Below are positions 24,909 to 32,799 of a stretch of DNA of 64,000 nucleotides, in pieces. The notes below the pieces were generated by a model, which was given only the letters and a program-made list of their open reading frames with translations, was not told the DNA's origin and made no database searches. A program made the position numbers and the translations under genes. The first letter of the stretch is position 1. Every line of letters begins with the position of its first letter. Source of the DNA: a virus; the IMG/VR virus record IMGVR_UViG_3300018877_000003. The stretch is one strand, 5' to 3'.

Positions 24909-25916
24909 TTAATGTGCTAATGTATCTGCTTCCCTTAGAAATTCCAGCTTTTTAAATAAATCTTCTCCCACATATTTTTTAAGCTTTTCTTTATTAGCAT
25001 TTTGATTTAAGAGATACATATGAAATTGAATCAATGTTACAACAGTATGTATAAAACCATCGTCAAACCCCATTTGTTTAAGAAGGTGCACAGCCAATTG
25101 TGAGCCAACGTATTCATGTCCAATAAAATTGGCATATCTCACCTCTTCTCCTTTTCTGTTAACAAAGCTCTTACAGAATGGTTTCCCAATGTCATGGAGG
25201 AGAGCAGTCCAAAGCATCATTTCTTTCTCAGTTTCATCTTCTGTCTTATAGTTGTCTAAAACATGCTTGTAAACGTAATATGTATGTCTACTTGTCGAAA
25301 AGCTATGATATTTCGAATCCTGAGGAAAGTCGTGAATAGCAAAGAACTCTCTAAAGTATGAGGCAAGAAAACCCATAAGATCATAACCTTCTCTGTTTAA
25401 CAAGACTCCTGCTCTCACCGCGTCAGCAAATTGTTTAGGGAGTACATCTTCAATTAGTCCTTCTGGGTAGTTAAAGACAATATTGTCCCAGCCTTCTGAA
25501 TAAATAGGGATTTGTAGACTCTTATACATATTGTCTATTGCGATTTTTGGCACAGTTCTCTCACGATGAGTGTTCATATCTATGCATGATCCATAGCCTG
25601 TCGCCATGTATACTGCCGTTTTAACCACTTCCTTTGGAAGTTGTTGAAGTAATCCTTTACGCTTTTTTCGGCTAATATTAGTAGCATCATAAATGACGTG
25701 TTTACCTTCTCTTAATGCATTTAACGTTCTTGTTCTCATTAGTTCAAAAACTTTTGAAGGGTCAGTCTGAACACTCTCATCCCCATATAATTCTTCTCGA
25801 ATCTTATCTGATGAAAGATATTTAATGTCATCTCTGCCGTCATAAATCTCTTCTGCGAATGTAGACTTGCCACTGGCAGGGAGACCAATTAGCATTAAGA
25901 ACCTCAATTGATCCAT
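24909..25916 (-). CDS. polynucleotide kinase (P-loop) fused to an HD phosphohydrolase, RNA-end healing enzyme
   Basis: N-terminal LIGLPASGKST plus kinase lid, and C-terminal LLHDIGKP...GHEYVG HD domain. Confidence 0.7.
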   Translation of the reverse strand: MDQLRFLMLIGLPASGKSTFAEEIYDGRDDIKYLSSDKIREELYGDESVQTDPSKVFELMRTRTLNALREGKHVIYDATNISRKKRKGLLQQLPKEVVKTAVYMATGYGSCIDMNTHRERTVPKIAIDNMYKSLQIPIYSEGWDNIVFNYPEGLIEDVLPKQFADAVRAGVLLNREGYDLMGFLASYFREFFAIHDFPQDSKYHSFSTSRHTYYVYKHVLDNYKTEDETEKEMMLWTALLHDIGKPFCKSFVNRKGEEVRYANFIGHEYVGSQLAVHLLKQMGFDDGFIHTVVTLIQFHMYLLNQNANKEKLKKYVGEDLFKKLEFLREADTLAH

Positions 25917-25937
25917 ATTTTCATCTCCTTTTTAGTT

Positions 25938-25956
25938 CATTATTAATTTGTTTATT
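25938..25956 (-). promoter_or_regulatory. 19-nt element copy F (3 mismatches), abuts the PNK SD
   Basis: The - strand reads AATAAACAAATTAATAATG-AACTAAAAAGGAG. Confidence 0.35.
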
Positions 25957-27230
25957 TAAACTAAAGAATTTTCTTCTTCCATATCTAAAATTTCTTGTGA
26001 TTTGATGATACCTTCTAATACTTTAAAATTGAAGCTCTTTTGTTTAAACGCTGTGAACTGATTTCTGTTCTCAATTCGAACAATTACGCCTTCCCTGATA
26101 TGAGTCTTACCAATCGGATCAGTTCCATCGACAAATTTATCTACACGATCTAAGAGGTCTTCTACAGAAGTAAATTCAAATCTTTCTAATTCAGGGCAAT
26201 GTTTGACTCCCATTTGCTCACATCTTAACTTTACTAAATGCCAAGGGTATTCAACTGTGTGACCGTCTTCATTTGTCATAGTCATTCTGTAAACATAAAT
26301 ATCGCTTTTGCCTTCCTCGCATCCATAAGTAAACCTTGTTTTCTTGCCATATTTTTTAATAAAATCTTTATCTTTTGTCTTCTTGTTGTCACATTCAGGC
26401 ATAATCAATTTTCCTTCATCAGTATATCCGACAACTTCGTAATAAATCTCTTCTCCCTTATGAAGCTTTCCTTTGAAAAAATCATGCCACTGTTTTCTAA
26501 ATTCATTTCCACCATAATATCCGCCTTTAAAATCTTTCAACACAACTCTTCTTGTACCTGTGACATGATCCCAACGATTCTCAGAGGAAACACCAAATTT
26601 ACTCATAATATTTTGCAAGATTGATTTTTTCTCTTTGATAGTATAAGCCGTTCGTTGAGATGTTCCATGCAATTTTAGAGTAACAACACAGGAGTCGCCT
26701 TCTTTAAAATGATTTGTATTGTAAGCTAATTGTTTAGTATCTAAATGCTCTTCAAAGAATGGATATGTAGCCTTTCTTTTATCTTTAACTTTACTTGAGC
26801 CATGACTAACTGATAGCTCTTTTCTTTTTGGAATATACTTTTCACAGATCAAAACTCCATTAACTATTGTAACAGTATCCCCCTCTTTTAGAGTGGCAAT
26901 GTTGCAAAAACTAGAAAGGCTTTCAATTGGCATGAATAAACCATCTGACTTCTCCCCTCTTAGTTTAAGACTTTTCACATGTCTTTTTGAAGGGTCTAAA
27001 TATCCTCCAGTTGGATTTCCATTTTCATCTTTTTCGCGCAACAACTTATTTGTTTTTGCATACTCTAGCCCTAAGCGTCCATCTGTAGGAAAGTAAATGC
27101 CTAAATCACCAACTTTGACTTTCAAATCAACAATCACATCATTGCCAAATAAGGTTGCTACTTGCAATTTGTCTGCATTAGAATGTTTTCTTAACTCTTT
27201 GATCTTAGTAATGTATCCACAATAGCTCAA
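25956..27230 (-). CDS. RNA ligase with N-terminal tRNA-binding-like OB domain
   Basis: Motif I TLKLHGTS. The N-terminus HSNADKLQVATL..VIV...VGDLGIYFP resembles the EMAP/CsaA tRNA-binding fold. TTG start with an AAGGAGAGG SD. Confidence 0.7.
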   Translation of the reverse strand: MSYCGYITKIKELRKHSNADKLQVATLFGNDVIVDLKVKVGDLGIYFPTDGRLGLEYAKTNKLLREKDENGNPTGGYLDPSKRHVKSLKLRGEKSDGLFMPIESLSSFCNIATLKEGDTVTIVNGVLICEKYIPKRKELSVSHGSSKVKDKRKATYPFFEEHLDTKQLAYNTNHFKEGDSCVVTLKLHGTSQRTAYTIKEKKSILQNIMSKFGVSSENRWDHVTGTRRVVLKDFKGGYYGGNEFRKQWHDFFKGKLHKGEEIYYEVVGYTDEGKLIMPECDNKKTKDKDFIKKYGKKTRFTYGCEEGKSDIYVYRMTMTNEDGHTVEYPWHLVKLRCEQMGVKHCPELERFEFTSVEDLLDRVDKFVDGTDPIGKTHIREGVIVRIENRNQFTAFKQKSFNFKVLEGIIKSQEILDMEEENSLV

Positions 27231-27247
27231 TTATACCTCTCCTTAAA

Positions 27248-27266
27248 CATTATTAATTAGTTTTGT
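27248..27266 (-). promoter_or_regulatory. 19-nt element copy G (exact), abuts the RNA ligase SD
   Basis: The - strand reads ACAAAACTAATTAATAATG-TTTAAGGAGAGG. Confidence 0.45.
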
Positions 27267-27276
27267 TGTGTTCAAA

Positions 27277-28116
27277 TTAAACAATAAGTTGATTGATATC
27301 AAGAATTTTATCTTCTAGATTTGAAATGATAGTTTTAATCTCTTTTGGAGTAATAATTTTGCCCTCTTTTCGAAGATAAGAGATTAATAGTGCAATTGCT
27401 CCCGCAACTAATGGTGACGCCATTGAAGTTCCAGTCATTTTTGCATATTTACCATCTTTATAAGAACTTAGAATTTCAGTAGAAGGAGCAAGAACATCGA
27501 AACCGCGATTAGTAAATGGAGCAATTTTTTTATCTTTATCAAAACCACCAACAGCTATCACTTCATCCAGACGTGCAGGATACAATGATTCGTTGCTTCC
27601 ATCATTGCCAGTTGCACAAACCATGACAATCCCTTCATTATAAGCTCTTTCGATCCGCTCTTTAAAAATGTTAGGCAGTTCTCTATCCATTCCTAAAGAC
27701 ATACATAGGACATCAAATCCATAGTTAATTGCATAAGTAATTCCATCCATTACGCTTGCCATATTTCCCTTGCCGTCATCGTTTAATACTTTAATAACAT
27801 GCAATTCAGCTTTCGGTGCGACTCCAGTATTTTTTCCTACTAAAAGTCCAGCAACATGACTTCCATGCCCTTTTTCATCTTCAACATTATGGCTTCTTTC
27901 AAAAAAGTTATAGCCAGATTTAAATGCATGGGATAGCTCAGGATGATCTGTGTCTACTCCTGTATCCATAAGAAGTATACGAACGCCTTCTCCTTTTGTT
28001 TTACTCCACACGTTAGGAGCATTGATCGCTTTTAGCCCCCAATCGATTTCGCTATCATCTCTTCTTAAAGAGTCAAACACTTCAATTTTGTCCAGATCGA
28101 TTTCTTTTCCTTTCAA
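27277..28116 (-). CDS. subtilisin-like (S8) serine protease, no signal peptide
   Basis: Catalytic triad contexts MDTGVDTDHPEL, HGSHVAG and GTSMASP. Confidence 0.85.
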   Translation of the reverse strand: MKGKEIDLDKIEVFDSLRRDDSEIDWGLKAINAPNVWSKTKGEGVRILLMDTGVDTDHPELSHAFKSGYNFFERSHNVEDEKGHGSHVAGLLVGKNTGVAPKAELHVIKVLNDDGKGNMASVMDGITYAINYGFDVLCMSLGMDRELPNIFKERIERAYNEGIVMVCATGNDGSNESLYPARLDEVIAVGGFDKDKKIAPFTNRGFDVLAPSTEILSSYKDGKYAKMTGTSMASPLVAGAIALLISYLRKEGKIITPKEIKTIISNLEDKILDINQLIV

Positions 28117-28375
28117 GTCTTCTTTTCTCCTTTTTGGTTTTTCTTATCTCCTTTTTATTTCTATATTCCTCATCATATTTTTGTTTCTCGCAAATCCTGT
28201 CATAGTCATGTCTCAAAACTTCTTTTTCCTTTTTACATTTAGGACAATAGATGATATAAATTTCTTTCAGTTCATAACCGACAGTCTTATCGATATCTCT
28301 TTTATATGTAGCCACAAGTTTGAAATCATGATTACAAAACAATCTTTTAATTAAATTAATCACTTTACTTATCAC
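28082..28375 (-). CDS. small Cys-containing protein with basic tail
   Basis: 97 aa. Contains CNHDF...CPKC followed by KKEKRRLERKRNR. Confidence 0.55.
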   Translation of the reverse strand: MISKVINLIKRLFCNHDFKLVATYKRDIDKTVGYELKEIYIIYCPKCKKEKEVLRHDYDRICEKQKYDEEYRNKKEIRKTKKEKRRLERKRNRSGQN

Positions 28376-28964
28376 TTCCTAATGGTGCAACCTCTCTAAA
28401 TTCAGTTTTTAAATTATTATAGATAGGCTTAAACACTTCTTTAATTTCATCCCAAGAGTCCATCTTTAAAATTTCGTCCAAAAGATGATTGGCACATGAA
28501 TAATCAACGATTTTGCTATGTTTTGCAATTTGAATACCAAACATCAAAATTCTTAATGAATGAAACATACTCTTCTTCCCAATATAATCCTCTCCAATAG
28601 CCAGTTTCTTTTTGCATTTTACAAAGCTATTAGATGATACAGCAGAGATTTCACGCCTAAGCTTTTCTTTATCAAGCATAAAATATTTAAGGTATGGATC
28701 ATTTGAGGTTTGAAAGATGCACTCCATGACACTAATATGATGATCTTTAATCCTCTCGATAAATTTACCTTCACTATAAACCGTATAATCTGCCCCTTCT
28801 TCTCGCACATTGTAATACAAATTCCTGTCGTCAGAATCTACTACGACAATATAGTCTGAGTCTGAGTTTTTGGTTTGAGAATTATAAACACTAGAACCAT
28901 ATGAATATACTTTTATGATTGGCTCATCAATTGTATCTCGCGTTTCATATTGTTCATCTTCCAT
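28365..28964 (-). CDS. Pol-beta-superfamily nucleotidyltransferase (RlaP-like)
   Basis: YSYGSSVYNSQTKNSDSDYIVVV is a GS...DxD NTase signature. Paralog of 39900..40622. Confidence 0.6.
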   Translation of the reverse strand: MEDEQYETRDTIDEPIIKVYSYGSSVYNSQTKNSDSDYIVVVDSDDRNLYYNVREEGADYTVYSEGKFIERIKDHHISVMECIFQTSNDPYLKYFMLDKEKLRREISAVSSNSFVKCKKKLAIGEDYIGKKSMFHSLRILMFGIQIAKHSKIVDYSCANHLLDEILKMDSWDEIKEVFKPIYNNLKTEFREVAPLGSDK

Positions 28965-28986
28965 AACGTTTCACCTCTACAAAATC

Positions 28987-29163
28987 CTAATCGTAAATTG
29001 CCTCTTCTTTTAAAAGCTTTTTAATGTGGGACAGTAGCTCAATTTCAATGTTCGCTTTTCTTACTCCGCGATCCACAAGCTGTGGCACATGAATATCAAG
29101 CTGTGTTTTTAGAGAATTTAAAATCTCCAAGTCCTCTTCATTTAATAGGTATCTGTTTTCCAT
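28987..29163 (-). CDS. small ORF (58 aa, not in the ORF track)
   Basis: AGGAGAA SD 5 nt before the ATG. Sequence begins MENRYLLNEEDLEIL... Confidence 0.45.
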   Translation of the reverse strand: MENRYLLNEEDLEILNSLKTQLDIHVPQLVDRGVRKANIEIELLSHIKKLLKEEAIYD

Positions 29164-29245
29164 GTGTTTTCTCCTGCATAAAATCCCTATTTTATTAAAT
29201 ATAATCTTCTTAATATATTTCGCAATATAAGCGAAGTGCGAATGT

Positions 29246-29554
29246 CTATCTTAGATATTCTTTAATTGTTTTTAAACTAATCATTCCGTCTTCATTTGCC
29301 ATTTCGGTCATATCTTCTAGTGCATGTTTTTTATAGATATAGTTATCATTTAACGATGCAATTACAGCACTTGCTTTTGTTAATGGTTGAGTTAAACCTG
29401 ACACTTCTTCATATACTTTAGGCGCTTCATTCAATAAAATTCTGTAATCTGCTAATTCACGTTGTACTTGGTCAAGAATTAACTCACCATTTTTATCTTC
29501 AACAATATCTTTCCAAAAATTCTGATATACTTCTTTATAATCCATTCTCATCAC
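29246..29554 (-). CDS. hypothetical protein
   Basis: 102-aa co-oriented ORF. Confidence 0.6.
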   Translation of the reverse strand: MMRMDYKEVYQNFWKDIVEDKNGELILDQVQRELADYRILLNEAPKVYEEVSGLTQPLTKASAVIASLNDNYIYKKHALEDMTEMANEDGMISLKTIKEYLR

Positions 29555-29596
29555 CTTTCTCTACTTCACAATTTTTCAACTGTATCAAAATGGCAC

Positions 29597-29779
29597 TTAA
29601 ACAATCTTTGATTGAAGAATACTCTGTTTCATCAATTCCATCATTTCGATTTTTTTCTTATGTATATCTTTACAAATTCTATTAATCTCAAGCTTTACGT
29701 CACTTGACTGACCCATTAATTTTTCTAAGTATGTTTTCTTTTTAAATAAAGCCCTTAATTCATCTTTAAGTTGATTCAT
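29597..29779 (-). CDS. hypothetical small protein
   Basis: 60-aa co-oriented ORF with coiled-coil character. Confidence 0.5.
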   Translation of the reverse strand: MNQLKDELRALFKKKTYLEKLMGQSSDVKLEINRICKDIHKKKIEMMELMKQSILQSKIV

Positions 29780-29789
29780 CTTAAGCCCC

Positions 29790-30341
29790 CTAAGAATATT
29801 GATTAATAATGTTTAAAATAATTTGCACTGTTTTCCTCAAGCCTTTACCTCGAACATTTTTGACCACATAATCAAAATTATCTCTATTCTTCATTTCATT
29901 TTCATAAGTTTCAATTCGTGATAAGGACTGTTCAATGGTGTCACCTCTTAGAAGCATATTCGCTAGGCAATCCTCCTTGCTCATGTGTAGGAAGATCCCA
30001 ACTGCATCTGGATATACTTCTTTTAATTGTTTATATCCATGATAATCAGCGATTATATATGCATGGTTATATTTCTTCATAACAGTTTCAATTTGATGCT
30101 TGGTTATCCCATAGTAGTGACTTCCATAGACAACATGTTCGACAAATTCACCATCATTCATTGCAGAAGTAAACTCTTTTTCTGTAAGAAAATAGTACGA
30201 CTCGCCATCCACCTCACCTTTTCTTATAGGTCTAGTTGTTGTAGAGATACACTCTCCGATCATTTCAGTATGATTTTTAATTTCGTTCATAATCGTGGTC
30301 TTGCCAGCTCCACTTGGAGCTGTAATTATAAACAGTGCCAT
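29790..30341 (-). CDS. gmk: guanylate kinase
   Basis: Contains APSGAGKTT and STTTRPIRKGEVDGESYYF. Confidence 0.85.
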   Translation of the reverse strand: MALFIITAPSGAGKTTIMNEIKNHTEMIGECISTTTRPIRKGEVDGESYYFLTEKEFTSAMNDGEFVEHVVYGSHYYGITKHQIETVMKKYNHAYIIADYHGYKQLKEVYPDAVGIFLHMSKEDCLANMLLRGDTIEQSLSRIETYENEMKNRDNFDYVVKNVRGKGLRKTVQIILNIINQYS

Positions 30342-30381
30342 TTAAAAACCTCCTTTAAATATTTTATTTACTTATACTATT

Positions 30382-30410
30382 ATTATAACATTATTAATTA
30401 GTTTAGTCAA
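30382..30410 (-). promoter_or_regulatory. 19-nt element copy H, full sigmaA-like promoter
   Basis: The - strand reads TTGACT-AAACTAATTAATAATGT-TATAAT. The -35 overlaps the stop of 30407..30700. Confidence 0.65.
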
Positions 30411-30700
30411 TTTCTATTTTTCTTTTTCGATTTTTTAGACATTCTCTTCCGAGCTTTCTCTTTCTTCTTATTGCGCTTCGGGTTTGTTTTACTAATAGAA
30501 GGTGTTTTAATTGACTTTACTTTTGCAAAAACCTCTTGGAGTGCTTGATTCACTTCCTCTGGTGTCATCCGTTCTTCATTTGCAACCTCGTAGACAATCT
30601 CATCTATGGATTTATTTAATACTTCATCAATAACTTCTTCATCTGACAATAACTTATTAATATCCTTATATAAATCGTTCATGTTATTTATCCTCTCCAA
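30407..30700 (-). CDS. hypothetical protein with basic C-terminus
   Basis: 97 aa, acidic N-terminal half, with a KRNKKKEKARKRMSKKSKKKNRN tail. Confidence 0.55.
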   Translation of the reverse strand: MERINNMNDLYKDINKLLSDEEVIDEVLNKSIDEIVYEVANEERMTPEEVNQALQEVFAKVKSIKTPSISKTNPKRNKKKEKARKRMSKKSKKKNRN

Positions 30701-30971
30701 TCCTTTTAATCATATTTTCAATTTCTTCATCACTAAAATGTTGTGTTAAAATACTGCGAAGAATATTATTCTGCTCTAAAATCAATTCGTGTTCTTTAAT
30801 TATCTGTAGCGAAGCCCTTGCTAATTTATCAACCTTAACCTCTCTGTCCTCAGATGCTTTAAGGATGTTCATATACTTTTTTTCATAAAAATGAACTCTG
30901 ATCTCTGAGAACGCTCCTATGAACACCACTAAAGCTGACGCACAAATTAAAATTGTTACAGGTGATGGCAT
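30684..30971 (-). CDS. hypothetical membrane-anchored protein
   Basis: 95 aa with an N-terminal TM helix (ILICASALVVFIGAF). Confidence 0.55.
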   Translation of the reverse strand: MPSPVTILICASALVVFIGAFSEIRVHFYEKKYMNILKASEDREVKVDKLARASLQIIKEHELILEQNNILRSILTQHFSDEEIENMIKRIGEDK

Positions 30972-30987
30972 ATTATTATCTCCTTTT

Positions 30988-31026
30988 TAAAAAATAGAGA
31001 GTGAAATTTCACTCTCTATTTTTTAT
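30988..31026 (-). terminator. strong bidirectional terminator
   Basis: Perfect 13-bp stem ATAGAGAGTGAAA/TTTCACTCTCTAT flanked by A and T runs. Confidence 0.85.
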
Positions 31027-31785
31027 TTATTTTCCTGTAGAACCCCAACCACCAATTCCACGTGTGCTAGGTTTTTTAATTAACTCTTCATATGAAATAT
31101 GTTCATCTTCTGCATCAGACTGTTTTAAGACAACAGCTTGAGCAATTGCTTTAGAGTACGGTACAAAATATGTATTTGTTTTTTTATCATGGAAAAGTTC
31201 GTCCACTTCACTTGAGATAACTACATCCCCGATCAATGGGACTACTTGCAAAATAACTTCTCCTATATATGTCGCATCAATCAGTCCGCTTACATTAACC
31301 ATTCCAATCGATCCGATTGATGAGCGTTCGTGTTTTAGGGATAACACATCTTCAAGATTTAGGTATGAGGCAAATCCCAAAGGGATTTTAGCTAATGTTA
31401 ATTGTGGGATATGTAATTCGTAAATCTCTTTACCTTCACGAACAATTGGTTCTAATCTTGCATAGCAATCCCTACCACCATTTTCTTTATCTTTCGTAGG
31501 AATTACCCCTCCCTTAACTGATGCGAAGTATGTAACCTTTTTATTTTTTTGCTTTCTTGATTTTAAGAATTTTTCTTTTGCTTTATATTTCAGCTTGTCG
31601 ATCTCCCACATTTTTAACGTTTTTTCTTTTGTTGCATTCTTATCAAGTTTAATTTCAACTTTTACCTCAAGAGAGTTTAGATCGATAGAGAGGACTTTCG
31701 CCTCTGTCTTTTCTTTAATAACCCAAACAATTTCTCCTACATTATAATAGCGTCTTTTCCCTTTTTCCATGTTCATTCTCCTCAT
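31027..31785 (-). CDS. dut: dUTPase with an N-terminal extension of about 95 aa
   Basis: dUTPase motifs ERSSIG, GLIDATYIGEV and a C-terminal RGIGGWGSTG. The N-terminal YNVGEIVWVIKEK... looks like a KOW/SH3-type beta segment. Confidence 0.75.
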   Translation of the reverse strand: MRRMNMEKGKRRYYNVGEIVWVIKEKTEAKVLSIDLNSLEVKVEIKLDKNATKEKTLKMWEIDKLKYKAKEKFLKSRKQKNKKVTYFASVKGGVIPTKDKENGGRDCYARLEPIVREGKEIYELHIPQLTLAKIPLGFASYLNLEDVLSLKHERSSIGSIGMVNVSGLIDATYIGEVILQVVPLIGDVVISSEVDELFHDKKTNTYFVPYSKAIAQAVVLKQSDAEDEHISYEELIKKPSTRGIGGWGSTGK

Positions 31786-31791
31786 TAATGT

Positions 31792-31817
31792 ATTTTATCA
31801 TTATTAATTAGTTTAAT
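31792..31817 (-). promoter_or_regulatory. 19-nt element copy I (2 mismatches) with -10 TAAAAT
   Basis: Overlaps the nrdF stop codon. The -35 is weak. Confidence 0.45.
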
Positions 31818-32781
31818 AATCGTAATCGGAATCTCTCATATCTTCTACAACTGACATCAGGTATCCATTTCCGACTGCACTAAAGAAATCATGATTTGTT
31901 GTAGTAGTTGAAAGACCATTAATGACTATTGGATTTACATCATCCGCAGTATCAGGGAATAATGGAGACAATCCTAGATTCATCAAAGCTTTGTTCGCAT
32001 TATATCTTAGAAATACTTTGACATCCTCAGTCCATCCAATTTTGTCATATAGGTATTCTGTGTATTTACATTCATTTTCGTAAAGGGTATATAATAAATT
32101 ATATGCCCAAGATTTTAATTCTTCTTTTTCTTGATCAGACAATTTATTGAATCCTACTTTGAACTTATATCCAATGTAAGCTCCATGTGCTGATTCATCG
32201 CGAATGATTAGCTTGATTACCTCAGCCACATTAATTAATTTCCCTCTTCCCATATAATAAAGAGGTGTGTAAAATCCTGAGTAAAATAGGAATGATTCTA
32301 GAAAAACACTTGCAACTTTCTTTTGCAAAGGACTTCCATTATGATATACCTCTCTGATAATAGAAGCTTTCTTTTGTAGGTATTCATTGTTTTCTGCCCA
32401 TTCAAAAATCTCACGAATTTCTTTTGGAGTATTTAAAGTGCTGAAAATAGAAGAGTAACTTTTTGCATGCTCAGATTCCATAAACGCTATATTGTTATAA
32501 ACCGCTCTTTCATGTTGAGTGATCGCATCTTTTTTGATTGCGTCAATTCCGTCTTCTGATTGCAAAGTGTCTAATCCTGTTAATCCTCCAAACACTTTAC
32601 CGACTAGCTCTTGTTCAATTTCAGAGAGCAAACTCCAATCTTTCTTGTCTTTTCCGACAGGCATACGATTTGCCAGCCAGAATTGACTAGCAAGTTGTTC
32701 ATAAGTTTTCTTATCTAACATATCCTCAACAGCGTTCCAGTTAATTGGTTTGAGGACATTGATCGCCTTTTCATTATTCAT
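31813..32781 (-). CDS. nrdF: ribonucleotide reductase class Ib beta subunit
   Basis: 322 aa. Di-metal ligand contexts FMESEHAKSYS and RDESAHG, with an acidic C-terminal tail. Confidence 0.9.
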   Translation of the reverse strand: MNNEKAINVLKPINWNAVEDMLDKKTYEQLASQFWLANRMPVGKDKKDWSLLSEIEQELVGKVFGGLTGLDTLQSEDGIDAIKKDAITQHERAVYNNIAFMESEHAKSYSSIFSTLNTPKEIREIFEWAENNEYLQKKASIIREVYHNGSPLQKKVASVFLESFLFYSGFYTPLYYMGRGKLINVAEVIKLIIRDESAHGAYIGYKFKVGFNKLSDQEKEELKSWAYNLLYTLYENECKYTEYLYDKIGWTEDVKVFLRYNANKALMNLGLSPLFPDTADDVNPIVINGLSTTTTNHDFFSAVGNGYLMSVVEDMRDSDYDY

Positions 32782-32799
32782 CTTTAAAACACTTCCTCC

